Under the pieces are notes generated by a model that was not told the origin of the DNA, did no database searches, and worked only from the letters and a program-made list of their open reading frames with translations. This document shows positions 33,841-34,654 of a stretch of DNA of 34,654 bases, piece after piece; within the stretch, counting starts at the first letter, position 1; the number at the start of each line of letters is the position of its first letter. A program made the translations under genes and the position numbers. The stretch spans positions 1-34,654 of IMG/VR virus record IMGVR_UViG_3300032243_001730. The stretch is one strand, 5' to 3'. This stretch comes from a virus. Lineage: Duplodnaviria > Caudoviricetes.

Positions 33841-34205
33841 GACGCGGCGCTGATCATAATTTTGACGGCGTCGCAGCGCGGCAGGCACTGCAGCGCGACA
33901 AACGCCCACCAGACGAACTCCACGTCACCGCGCATGTAGAGGATTGTGGCCAGGATCGCGGCATGCGCGCACTCTCCGTCGCGGGAGCCGGCATCGGCCT
34001 GCGCGCGCGCCCAGTCGAGGCAGTACGCGGCATGCGTGCCGCCGTCGAGATGCTCCGCGATCTGCGCCGCCGCGATTAGCAGGGTATCGGAGCCGACCAT
34101 TTGCGCGCGACACGCAATTTCGCACAGAATGGTGCGTCGCGCGTGATGCTGGCGCATGGCATCAAGGAGGGCGCCGCGATTCGCGCGCCACACGGCGTCG
34201 ATCAC
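33837..34205 (-). CDS. Hypothetical protein
   Basis: GTG at 34205 (GTGA overlap) within ORF 33837-34283. Confidence 0.5.
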   Translation of the reverse strand: MIDAVWRANRGALLDAMRQHHARRTILCEIACRAQMVGSDTLLIAAAQIAEHLDGGTHAAYCLDWARAQADAGSRDGECAHAAILATILYMRGDVEFVWWAFVALQCLPRCDAVKIMISAAS

Positions 34206-34606
34206 GCGATCCCCCCGGAGTCTCGCAGCGTCGTTCTGGGCACGCTGTGCAGCATGGTCCACTTCGCGGCGCGACTGAGCCACGCCTGTTGCTGCTCTTG
34301 CGTCAGGCCGATCGTGTTTCCCTCGTCATCGTGCCCGGCGAGCACGATTGTGCCTCGCAGCAGCACGGACGGTCTGTCGCAGCCCTCGCCGGTGTATCGG
34401 CTGTCGAGGTCGCGCAGGGTCAGCACGCGATTCGGGGGCTTGTTGTTCAACAAGCCCTCCTCGTCAAACCATAGGTCAATGTCGTCGATCGACAGGATCT
34501 CAACGTAGTCGCACTGGATTGCGCTGCGCAGGCCCTCCAGCCCGTTGTCGATTTGCGCAACAGTGGGCGCACTGAGATTTTTGATGACAATCACGTCGAT
34601 TAGCAT
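34202..34606 (-). CDS. DUF3846-like protein
   Basis: YVEIL...DLWFDEEGLL...PNR...GTIVLAGHDDEGNTIGLT.EQ; AAGGA RBS. Confidence 0.75.
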   Translation of the reverse strand: MLIDVIVIKNLSAPTVAQIDNGLEGLRSAIQCDYVEILSIDDIDLWFDEEGLLNNKPPNRVLTLRDLDSRYTGEGCDRPSVLLRGTIVLAGHDDEGNTIGLTQEQQQAWLSRAAKWTMLHSVPRTTLRDSGGIA

Positions 34607-34654
34607 TGTCCACGTTCCTTTCCGCCGTTTGCGGCTGCGTCGAGCGCCACCCCC

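Larger units (their letters stand above)
1..34654. mobile_element. Phage/provirus genome segment (possibly tailless, membrane-containing)
   Basis: Dense ATGA/TGATG-coupled ORFs; phage-type initiator, helicase loader, YqaJ nuclease, tyrosine recombinase, lysins; no housekeeping genes; no element boundaries visible. Confidence 0.88.

Overview
GC-rich, gene-dense segment of a bacterial virus or provirus genome; no host housekeeping genes, rRNA, tRNA or CRISPR were seen. Left to right: (1) 1-2.7 kb probable virion surface genes, including two tandem Gly-rich paralogs; (2) 2.7-6.1 kb small regulators, Zn-ribbon proteins, a sigma70 region-4-only protein and a 28-bp dif-like site; (3) 6.2-9.5 kb small membrane proteins and a lysozyme-like enzyme; (4) 9.5-14.4 kb lambdoid-style replication and recombination (helicase loader, initiator with six 11-bp-phased iterons, XRE regulator, YqaJ nuclease, probable annealing protein); (5) 14.5-27.6 kb minus-strand block of large 'polyvalent-like' proteins (multidomain protein ending in a kinase, GHKL ATPase + HExxH peptidase, PcfJ-like, GP88-like, RadC/JAB), interrupted by a tyrosine recombinase and a Cys-to-Ser pseudophosphatase; (6) 27.7-32.7 kb beta-rich putative virion proteins, membrane-anchored transglycosylase, J-domain protein, papain-like peptidase, lipoprotein, GH25 lysin; (7) 32.7-34.6 kb small early-type genes including a double CCHC zinc knuckle. 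The best candidate for an undescribed system is a shared [RK]-x-N-P motif (MRANP, MRDNP, MRENP, ARENP, LKRNP, MKTSNP) at N-termini and domain junctions of otherwise unrelated proteins in block 5, suggesting a cargo-addressing or processing tag. No terminase, portal, tape measure, packaging ATPase or clear major capsid gene was recognised. A tailless membrane-containing virus is an inference only. All family calls are by-eye motif recognition, not database searches.
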